64,000 nt of DNA, taken from NCBI GenBank assembly GCA_951406725.2, contig OX597830.1, positions 53,134,001 to 53,198,000 on the forward strand, in the 5' to 3' direction. Origin of the DNA: Octopus vulgaris. Taxonomy: Eukaryota. The position numbers and the translations under genes were made by a program. Below the pieces are notes generated by a model that made no database searches, was not told the origin of the DNA, and was given only the letters and a program-made list of their open reading frames with translations. The stretch's first letter is position 1, and each line of letters opens with the position of its first letter. Of this stretch, positions 52,275-62,110 are shown in pieces.

Positions 52275-53045
52275 TATTTTTGTGCAACATACCTGTTAAT
52301 AGACTTTCTTGTTGGTTTACATACTTGTGTGCATGTGCATATGCATACTTGTTTGCACAGATTTAGTCATTCAACCATTCATCACCTGCGTGCAATTTCA
52401 CAAAGCTTTGGTAAAGCTGAGGCTATTGATGTATGATACAAACTTTGTTTTAAAGTGACCTAAATTAAAACTGTTCATCAAAATTTCCTGTTAATTTATG
52501 TTCCAAACACCAGCATAGAAATTATAAAATATTTTACTAAATTCTTTATTTTAATAATTAACTGAGACAGATGCAGTGTATTTGAATAGAAATATAACAA
52601 AAGGGTTATTAGTAGAGTGAAGGTCACAGATGACTTGGTAAAAGGATGTTGAAGTTTAAAAGGGAAGGGTTATTGTTTAGCATTCATATCAGCCCCCTTT
52701 GGTAGGAATTCTGACTGGCCATTTTGTGTTGTTTTTTTTCTTCTCAAATATATATCTAGGATAGCTTTATCTGTCTGAATGTAAGAATGATGCAATTGAA
52801 GATTTGGCTGCTATTTTTAGCAGGTTGACAGACCATATGTAAAAAAGCTCCTTTGTTCGCTCATAGAGACAGGTTATGCATGAAGGGTGGTGTTATGTGA
52901 AAAACATTTACATGGAAATAATTCAAGATAACATTGTACTCCATTGTTGTTTTAAAAGATACGAAATTTAGAATAAAATTGTTTTTGATTGTCTCATGTA
53001 AAGATGCTGGAAAAATAACATCTGGTTAATCTGATCTGTTTTTAG

Positions 53046-53209
53046 ACATGCTGCAGTTTACACAGCCGAAGAAGTGGCCCTAATTTTAAGGGACAAACTA
53101 ATTCGATTACAGTCACTCTACATTGACCAGTTCAAACGTTTACAACACATCATGAAGGAAAGGAGGAGAAAATACCTACACACATACAAGCAAGAAAGGG
53201 AAACTTTAG
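53046..53209 (+). CDS. KANSL2: KANSL2 exon 5 ([44 protein letters not shown])
   Basis: Near-identical to the conserved KANSL2 helix [34 protein letters not shown]; TAG acceptor and GTATGT donor. Confidence 0.97.
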
Positions 53210-54119
53210 GTATGTCGTTCAAAATTCCTACTACTATTACTGTATGCTTGTTTGTCAAGAAAAAGTTTTCTCTTTAACTCTGCCAAGCAAATAGATCTAA
53301 TCATTTGATTATGCTAGTAAAGTTATTAAAATTCATACCACAAATTACATCAGCTACTGCATTTTCATTTTCAAAAGGTTTGGACTAATTTTTAGGGCTA
53401 ATTTAATCTTTTATTGTTTTAATAACAGCAGTTGATAACTGAGTTTTAACTTAGTGTCTTTATCAGCTATTTTGATGGACTGAAGAAATGTTGTTGTTTC
53501 AGAAGGGTAACCCATAACCCTTCACAAAGCCTCTGAGACTAGTAGTAGGGAGAGATCGTCAAGCCTAGCCTAAATGCCCCCAACAGTTTGAGTTTAGTTA
53601 AAGGCACCTAAAGTACCAGTGAGGGCTTACATGTACTGCTCAGGTAAGGCAATGGCAGGACTCTAACTCAAAATGCAAAAGAGCTGCTGCAAATACCTCA
53701 AGGCATATAATCCAGTAATACTACAGTTAAGTTAATCCACCACTTTGGGATGGTATTTTATCAACCCTGAAAGAATAAAAGGCAAAGTTGACCTCAGTGG
53801 GATTTGAACTCGGAGCACTGAATGTCAGAATAAGTAATTATAGTTTTAGGTTGAGCTGATAAGGCTTAGATTTGATTACCAGTTGAAGAAAACCAATTAT
53901 GACCTTTCACATCACACTTTGTCGTGTTCTCTTTGTTCAAACTACAACAGAATTAATTGCCTTGCTCAATAAACAAAATAATGACAATAGTAAGATCTGA
54001 AATTATAACCCTGTCAATGTTCTGTATAGTTTGAAGAGCAATGAGGGTTTTTTTTTTCCAAGCTCCATATGAAGATAGTTTTCAGTCTTCCCCTACAATT
54101 TGATAACTTGAGATTTTTA

Positions 54120-54482
54120 TGTGCATGACCTAGTGGTTACTATGTTGCAATCACGATCATGGGATTGATTCCTGGACTGGGTGGCATGTTGTGTTTTTGA
54201 GCAAAGCACTTCATTTCATGTTGCTCTAGTGCTGTGTGGGGAATGGAATGGCATGTCATAAAAAGGTGATTAAAAGAGGTTGGGATAGGAATTGCACTCT
54301 GACCTCATAAAACCTTCACCAGCAACAACTACCCAAAATAGACCCATGGGGTCGGACGGTTGTTGCTTGAGTGGTGCAATGATGTCATCCACCAGGATTA
54401 GGGAATTGCCAACAAATGGTGGATGCGGTGACGCACCTTTGCAACACATGCCCCCATACTACTACTACTATTACTGTTATTA
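54120..54482 (+). mobile_element. SINE/LINE-tail composite with (TAC)n tail just upstream of KANSL2 exon 6
   Basis: Decayed tRNA-like head (TAGTGGTTA..GATTGATTCC), CpG-retaining 3' part with stem CATCCACCA/TGGTGGATG, and TACTACTAC tail. Confidence 0.55.
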
Positions 54483-54540
54483 CTTCAGAATTATCAGTAT
54501 TACCTACGAATGGCATCCAACCTTTCGTTTTATCTTGTAG

Positions 54541-54632
54541 GCCCTGTACAAGCCTATAAAACATCTCCAGATCAGAAAGATAAATATGCTAAACTTGTTG
54601 CTATGAAGAGACACCATCGACGATTTTGCAAG
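54541..54632 (+). CDS. KANSL2: KANSL2 exon 6 (GPVQAYKTSPDQKDKYAKLVAMKRHHRRFCK)
   Basis: TTGTAG acceptor and AAG|GTAAAT donor; phases 1 and 0 bridge exons 5 and 7 exactly. Confidence 0.88.
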
Positions 54633-55000
54633 GTAAATGTCTTTGCCATTTTTAAGCTATTTTTCCAATATGCATTTTAAAATTGGTGTAAAGTTCATTG
54701 AACTTAACATATTATTGAGTTTTATTTTGTTGTAATTAATTATATTTCCTTTGTTTCAAGTACTCAGTGTTTTCGTACCACTTCTGAATTGTAGTCATTT
54801 CCATAAAATTATAAACTGATCATAACTAAAATTTTCTGGTGAAACAAAATTTGTCAATTAAAATTTTTTTTTTAAATTTTAAACTGTTAGATTATTTTCC
54901 AAGTTGATAATTATTGGTGTTAAAATAGATCTCGCCTATTTTGTAGTTTTCTTGTTAATTTTTAATTAAACCCTGTTTCCTCTTTGTCCTCCATTCTTAG

Positions 55001-55154
55001 GAGACATTATTGTATCAGCAATCAAAGAGACGAAGAATTGCAATGACAGAAGGTACAAACCATCGGCCCCCTGGTTATCCTAAATGCATTCACAGTGAGA
55101 GCAACGTTAAATGTAATTCCCGAGCCATGCCACTCTCAAAATTTTGTAATGAAC
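55001..55154 (+). CDS. KANSL2: KANSL2 exon 7 (ETLLYQQSKRRRIAMTEG...KCIHSESNVKCNSRAMPLSKFCNE)
   Basis: Similar to KANSL2 EALLHRQLKERR..RC....VRCSNQSLPMTRHC. Ends at a GTATCCTTT donor. Confidence 0.93.
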
Positions 55155-57330
55155 GTATCCTTTTTATTTTATGCTATTCTTGGTTCTTTGTTGTTTTTTT
55201 TTTGCTCAGATGTTTGGAATCCTTTTATTTTAATTTGTTGTGATAATTACCTCCGCCTAATCAAAGGCAAAGATATTATTTTCAGTCGTGTTTGTTTGTT
55301 TGTTTGTCTGTGTACAAGATATCTCAGGAACTGTTGGATGAAACTTTCAGGGATGTTTGGCCTCGCGATAGGCACGAACTAATTAGATTTTGGGATCGAT
55401 CTGGCTACGGACAAGATTCTGGATTGTTACATGAAGTATTACGATCTTGTGTTGACTTTCAAGTCTTTCTCTGTTTATCTCCCTTGAAAACATGCTCATG
55501 GTTTCCATGTAAGTTATGGCAGCATTGCTGTTTCCAAAGTTTTATTTTCATTTTTCTATTATTGACTTTACCTGTGTCTCCATCTTAGTAGAAACTGATG
55601 GATGAAGCAATCAAACTACATAAACAAATGGCAGCAAAACCATTCAGAAATTAAATAACACTAACATATTCAGTAACAATAATAAATTTAATTTATCCTA
55701 GACAATTTTTAGTTTTACCAATTTTGAATATATCGTTCCTGTTTAAAACCTCTTAACCTATTGGGCAGTTGCATTTCTAGCTCTGCCTTGAAGGAAGCTT
55801 TACTTGAACTCACATTGTCGTGTGCAACGATGTTGTTAAACCTCCATTAAACACCACCATTCTCTTTCACGCACATAAATGTTTCACTATAGATCTTCAG
55901 GTCGTAAAGAAACTATATCAGTGGACAGACTGAAAAAGGTTTTCATAGAGAAAACCATCCCTGTTCCCACTGTAGATGACACACACAGCATTACAAACAC
56001 AGCCCGCACCTTCACATTCCATGACTACCATTGGTATCGATCAGGTACTGGTCAAGGATTCTGGATTGTTTTTCCATTTTTTAAACTTAATTTTGAGAGC
56101 AGTCGGGTTCATTTTTAGTATTCTCGCTTGTGAGAACAGTCGAGTTTATTTCAGATATTCTCATTTTAAAAATCATCTCTGGCTAATTGTTGAGAGGACG
56201 TTGGTGTTGCCTTGATGGAGGTTTGCACACTTGTTATCATTGTTTTACCATTTCAGCTTCAGCTGGACTGAATTTACAATATTTAGTCTGTTGTGTCTGG
56301 GGAGAGTCATTCTCTTTTGGTGCCTTATAATTTAACACACTCAATGGTAAAATTTCCAACTTATCATCCATCTCTAAATAAAAATAGCAGAAAACGATTT
56401 ATAAATACTTTATAAAGCACAAAATGAGTTGGAATAAAGAAACAGATGTCAACTTTCTAACAAAAAAATATTGTCAAAATATAATAATGGCACAAAATGA
56501 GCAGCTGTCAAAGTTTACCATATACCTTATTACAAATTTCATGCTTGATGACCTATTAGTATAATTTCTTGGCATCTTTAAATTAAAATTTTCCAGCGTT
56601 TGTAGAGTGAACTAGCAGGCAAGTACTAGATTTGTGAAATCATTATTGGATTCCTCTCTGCTTCTTTCCTGTACTCTAAGTAGAGATGAGAAAAGTACTA
56701 TTTTCATTTTCTATTTAAATTTTATCTGTATGTCATATAGTGTAATTATATTTAAACCTATTATTTTTAACTGGTATTTAATAGTCTCAACCATATGTTA
56801 TTTAGAAGTTTCAGTGGTACAATATTTACTTAGGGAGTTAGAAGAACTGGTCTTTTAAAGCGTGTGAAATTGCAACAAATATTGACTGAGAGTTAGTCCC
56901 AGTTCCTTGACGGTGTACATTGGGTCATACACACAGTGTGAAATGATGGTCTAGCTGTTCAGGTAAGCTTTACTGTAGTGATTATGTGAACTACAACACA
57001 GGTTATGTTCACAAACTGATCATATTCATGAATTGCATATAGTGAATAAAGTATCTGCTGTGATTGCTATATCTTCATTTTATATAGACAACTAAGCAGA
57101 CAGATGGATAGGTAGATAAGTAGATATCTCAGCTTGAGAGGTAGAATTATGTTTATGAATAAAAACGTACTTTTTTTTTTCTTTTTCAGAGAATTTTTAT
57201 GAGTAAATATCAAAAAATAATTAACAGATCAATAGTTGAATTTAAAAAGAAAATTATATAAATGTGATGGTTTTTTTTTTTTTTTTTTGCTTCAGAAACA
57301 AGGTAAAGTTTCTCCTTAACATATGTTCAG
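55155..57330 (+). other. KANSL2: U12-type (minor spliceosome) GT-AG intron 7 of KANSL2, 2176 nt
   Basis: Donor GTATCCTTT at 55155-55163. Consensus branch point TCCTTAAC at 57313-57320, 10 nt before the CAG end. Splicing gives C|AT = the zinc-ligand His. Confidence 0.95.
55247..56232 (+). mobile_element. Helentron-associated (HINE/DINE-like) non-autonomous element with internal insertion, inside the U12 intron
   Basis: 5' TTACCTCCGCC, then a (GTTT)n/GTCT microsatellite, and 3' CCTTGATGGAGGTTTGCACACT (decayed inverted subterminal repeat). Architecture recalled from HINE elements. Confidence 0.55.
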
Positions 57331-57491
57331 ATATCTTGTATGATCCTGACCAGGTGCTCTATCAACCGTGTCCTTTTGCCAATGGTGCCTGTTCCAAGCC
57401 TGTTTCTGTCATAGCTGACAACTGCTATTGCCAAGAACATGTACAGATTAAAGAGATGCACACAAGAGTCCCTCTAGTTAAATTAGAAAAT
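57331..57491 (+). CDS. KANSL2: KANSL2 exon 8 (HILYDPDQVLYQPCPFANGACSKPVSVIADNCYCQEHVQ...KLEN)
   Basis: Matches KANSL2 HICQDTNQVLFKCC..CNKPV..CCPLH. GTAAGT donor, phase 0. Confidence 0.93.
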
Positions 57492-60400
57492 GTAAGTTGA
57501 TTTTTCCATCATCTTGATTCAGAGTTGTTCTCCTTTTAGTGTTATTCCTTTGGGTTTCTGTTTGTTTCAAACATCTGTAGTATAGCAGACAGACATGAGA
57601 GGACGTGAAAGTGTGTGTGTGTACAGTTAACTATATTTTTATTGTTTACACTGCTTTTGCTGTAGATAGATGTTTGACTTCACTCATTAATGGGTATTTA
57701 TCAATGGATGACCAACTCTATTGAGTTCATTTTTTTGAGAAAATGTCGGGTACATATGCTTCATAGTGAGGTAAACTGAAGCAGTGTTGAAAAACATGCT
57801 TTACCTATAAAAAGAAAGCACTTGCACTGAATTTGAACACCCTTCCTTGCCATAAGTAGATGTTTCAAAACCTTACTCAAGTGGGGTTTTTTTTTTTTTC
57901 TGTCAGGAGCTACTTTTAAAAACATTTTGCTTACACTTTAGATTTATCTGAACTATAAAAACCAATTGTGAGATACTGAGATGCCACAAATGGTTGAGTT
58001 GATTGGCCATAATAATTCAGTCCACATAACTCTGAATAACTGCTGTAGTTGCAAGTCTTATGAAAAATTTGTCACACACAAGACACATTTGGCTTCTGGT
58101 GGGCAAACTCTTATTCAAATTCTTCTAAAATTGTATTGTAATAAAACTGAACTTTCCAGAGGACACTGTAGTACTTTTTAAGCTTCACAATAAATGTGCT
58201 TCAATCTCTTGGTTACAGGCACACTGAATTCTCTCTCTGCTTTTTCAACTGCTACTGTGATGGCCTCTGCTTCTCCAAACTTACTGATTATGTATCATCT
58301 TCATAGTATCTCCCAGGCCCTGTGATAACCATTTTTTTCAGTCACACCTCTCCATTGTATTATCCTTCTGTAGTTCTTGCTCTGCAAGTACAAAAGCTAT
58401 AATAATTAGTCTCTTGCCCTATAAAATTTACAATCTCATCAAAATGTATCAAAGTATTCACTTTTGATGTTGGTTGTGTCCAGGAAAACTTTTTGAAATA
58501 GCAATTGATGTCGTCTACTGTTTAAGTCATAGTGCAAATGACTGATGACAAATTAGTGGCAGCAGTGCTGCTCTCCAGTGGCAGATTGCTACAACACAAG
58601 GTATTATTACCATTAACAACCATTGAATATGACGACACACCTGGTGTGGGTTACAGCTACAGGGAAATGTGATCTTCACTCTGCCTTCAACTTTCACTGA
58701 GTAGCACATCCTCTCTAATTCTCTGCCAAAATATGAAGAAATCACAGACAGGTGACAGGTGGGTGGTGGTATTCCCCCAACAAGCATTTTTTATTTATGG
58801 TAAATTTCTTACAGAACTAACATGGAATTACTAAGATATTTAAATTGTAGTTTTTGTGAAAGAGTATGTGCTGTGTTTTTTGTCCATCAGTGATAAAATG
58901 ATAATGACTAGCTGGAAACAAGATCATCCGAAAGCTGCTAGATGTAGTAAACACCGTCCCCATAAGGGTATTGCCAAATAGCCAGTGTTAGGGGAATTAA
59001 GCAAAGGATGGTGGGTGAATCAGAGAAGTTTGAATGTTTCAGTATTTGGCAAAATTCAAGGCTAACAAGAAGCAGATATTGAAGATTGATTTTTTAGAGA
59101 ATCTGCATCACAGTGCTCCAGATTTATCAGCAAAAATAATTTGTATGGGAGCCAGAATGACAATTAGTCCCCCACCCCTGAGGATAAGATGGCCAAGTTT
59201 TACATGTATCATGTTTGATGCCAAAATATGCTCAAACATATAGATACACCTTAATTTCAGCAGTGCAAATTCAGGAAAAAGTTTTTAGTGCATTAATTGT
59301 TCAGTATTCAGATTACTCTGTCAAATGTGATGCTTATTTATCCACATTGTTTTGAATTCATGTGTTATCTCATAGCTTTAAGATTTCAAGGATGTGATTG
59401 CTTATTTTTAGAACAACATTCTAGAGTAGATGTAAGAGGCCAGATCTGGCCAGTTTGAACATAAAGCAGGTAGAATATTTGGGCTGGTTATGGCTGACTT
59501 AAATGCTTAAGCATATAATAAGCCCAACTCTGCATGTAGGACACGTGTAGTTTCTTTCTTATTTGAGACAATGTTTTGGTTGGTGGGGAGTGTGTTGTTA
59601 TATGCCATCAAATGCAGTAAACAATGTAAGAAAAGGAAATAATTTTCAACTTCTACAGATAAGAAATATGATTGGGTTCCTTCTAATAAAGTTTAATACA
59701 ATCCAAAGGTGCTACGTCTATAACTGCTAAAATATGAGGCTTAAGAACACACATTGATGTAGATGTTTTAGCATTCTGTGCTGATAGCACAAAACTTAAC
59801 TTTGACCTTACCTAAGAAAGGACATCTTATGGAGTTTGTTGTTCATGCCTCTCTGAAAGCTTAGCTGGATGAAGGGGTACTGAAATCGCGTAGATAAAGT
59901 ATGGGGCAGATGTCGTGATGGGTTGTTGAAGAAACTTGTCTTATTAGTTTCAGATGACTAAAGACTTCGTTGAAATATCAGGTGTATTGCAGCCTTTAGA
60001 TATCTCATAGAGGGGGTTGTGAGAGATGTAGCATGAGTTAATGCCCTTGGCGGAGAAGGCAGTGTGTTTATTTCTTGAAAGAAAAAACTGACTTCCCAGA
60101 TCCTTACGGCAGAGAAATTCAGTTAAGTAGTTTGATATGAACAATGAGATAATGTCAGTTTATTTAGTTCTAGTTTCCCAGGTTTGGCTGATGATGATGA
60201 TTCACGCCTCCTTGATATTTTCCCTTCCCCAGTTATTGTACTTCAGTGCTTGCCATTCACTGAAATAACAGATTATTTCGTGTTGCTTGCTATTGTAATA
60301 TTAATGAAATATTTGCTTTTTGTCTGCATGTATTGTATCTGTAGGAATTCATTTCCGTTTATTGTTTTTTACTGCTTGTACAAGTTTTTACCAATATATT

Positions 60401-61202
60401 TTTGCTTTATTTCCATGTACCAGTATTCACTGATACCAATATATGGTATTTCTTTTCAGCTATAGTAAATTTAATTTATTTTCCTTTCAAGGTTAGTATA
60501 TCATGTTACTATATATGATTTAATTCTTGATGCCAGTTTATTTTGTATTTATGTGCATTAAATATTTTTTCTCTACTCAAAAAACAACTTTATAACTTAC
60601 TAAATGTAAGATGAACCTTGCTAAATTCCCAACATCACAAAGTATCTCTGTAAAATAAGGGTGCATGCAGAGGTATACCTCATCAGCCAGGTTAATAGAA
60701 TACTTTGTCTCTTGTTTTTATATACCAATACAGAAGTGAAATTATTGCAGTTATGTTGTGCCTAGGCAAGGTTCATAATTCTGATAGACTCAGGTTAGCT
60801 GACTGACAAACTTGTTCCACCTTTACTTTACAGTTCTGTGGATTGTATACCACAACACCAAATGTCTTTCTTCTCTTTTTAATTCTTACGGCTGCCTAAC
60901 TGTACTTCTGTAAGAATTGTGTTATAAATAGTTAATCCAAAGAATTAGTCTTCAGCAATGTGACTTTCTGCTATTTTGCATTAATTTCTTATTTTTATAT
61001 AAATGAGAATTATTGTTGGAAAATCCTTACTACTCTCTACCCTAGACTATTGAGTGTAATTAGTTTGGAGCAAGCAGTCATGTTCTTTGCCTAGGGTCAT
61101 AGTATAGGCTCAATAGTAGGACTGCAGTTTTTCACTTCAGTTACCCTATTAACATTGAATTATTAATTAATAAAATCCCTCAAAATATTTTATATTTTTC
61201 AG

Positions 61203-61895
61203 CTTGAATCTGAGCAAGCATCAAACAAGTTTGAAACTAATTCAGTTGCTATCAACAAAAAAGGTTCTCAGAACAATCCAGTGTCGAATCAACCATTGAC
61301 ATTTGATCCGAGTTTAGATAAAACTTGCAAACCTTCATCACTGACTAGCAAACTAGAAGGCACTAAACATCTTGTGTTACAGACTGCTCAGAGTTCAACA
61401 CCAATGCTGCTAGCTTCAAATGTACAGTCAGGTCACCTGCAGCACTTGAAACAGCTGCAGCTGTCACAACATAAACTGCAACTTAAAGCCCAACAGTCAC
61501 AGGCTCAAACTCAGACATCCCAACCTTCTACACTTAAACTGCAGCAGGGTATTCAGATTCAACCATCGAAAATTTTGCAGAGCTCTTCACTGCAGCAGCC
61601 AACCAAGATGCTACAGAATCGGTGGGTTCAACAGATGAAGCTGTCTCATAACCAACAATTGTTGCAGTCGGCTGCAAAGTTGACTCAGCAGTCACAGTCA
61701 GTTGGGAAATTACCAACAACTCAGAACTCCCATAAATCGCCTGCATCGACTCCGCCTCAAAAGACAGCATCTGGATTGAAGGGGACCGTAACACCTGCAC
61801 TAACATCTCTCAAAACCAAACCAGATACTGGTCCGACTTCACCAATTGCTAGTCAGCAGTCCATTGATGACAAAACTATTGAACATAGAACTTAG
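61203..61895 (+). CDS. KANSL2: KANSL2 terminal coding exon, Q/S/T-rich low-complexity tail
   Basis: TTTTTTCAG acceptor at 61202, phase 0, 230 open codons to TAG. Contains PLTFDPSL, similar to recalled human PLLFDPSL. Confidence 0.8.
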   Translation, partial: LESEQASNKFETNSVAINKKGSQNNPVSNQPLTFDPSLDKTCKPSSLTSKLEGTKHLVLQTAQSSTPMLLASNVQSGHLQHLKQLQLSQHKLQLKAQQSQAQTQTSQPSTLKLQQGIQIQPSKILQSSSLQQPTKMLQNRWVQQMKLSHNQQLLQSAAKLTQQSQSVGKLPTTQNSHKSPASTPPQKTASGLKGTVTPALTSLKTKPDTGPTSPIASQQSIDDKTIEHRT

Positions 61896-62104
61896 TGTGT
61901 GTATGTATATATATGTGTAAATATATATATATATATTTATATATATATATACACACACGTTCACTTTTTTTTTTTTGTTACCTTTCTCTCATCAGCAACT
62001 GTGTTGCTTTTCTTTTGTCTGCCTACTAGTTAAGTTTCTGCTGAAAGCAAGGCAATAATTGCTAATTAGATTCATTTTGAAGCCTTTCTCTAATAATTGA
62101 AATG

Positions 62105-62110
62105 AATAAA
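62105..62110 (+). terminator. Candidate polyadenylation signal of KANSL2
   Basis: First AATAAA after the stop codon, followed by GT-rich sequence. Later AATAAA copies also occur, near 62857 and 63491. Confidence 0.35.

Noticed and set aside
60188-60200. CTGATGA as a hammerhead ribozyme core (also near 3688, 37657, 48343 and 58542)
   Set aside because: No matching GAAA with the three flanking stems could be assembled.
40469-61202. Intronic H/ACA snoRNAs as hosted by human KANSL2 (SNORA2 family)
   Set aside because: No convincing hairpin-H-hairpin-ACA candidate seen by eye. An Infernal/Rfam scan is needed to exclude one.
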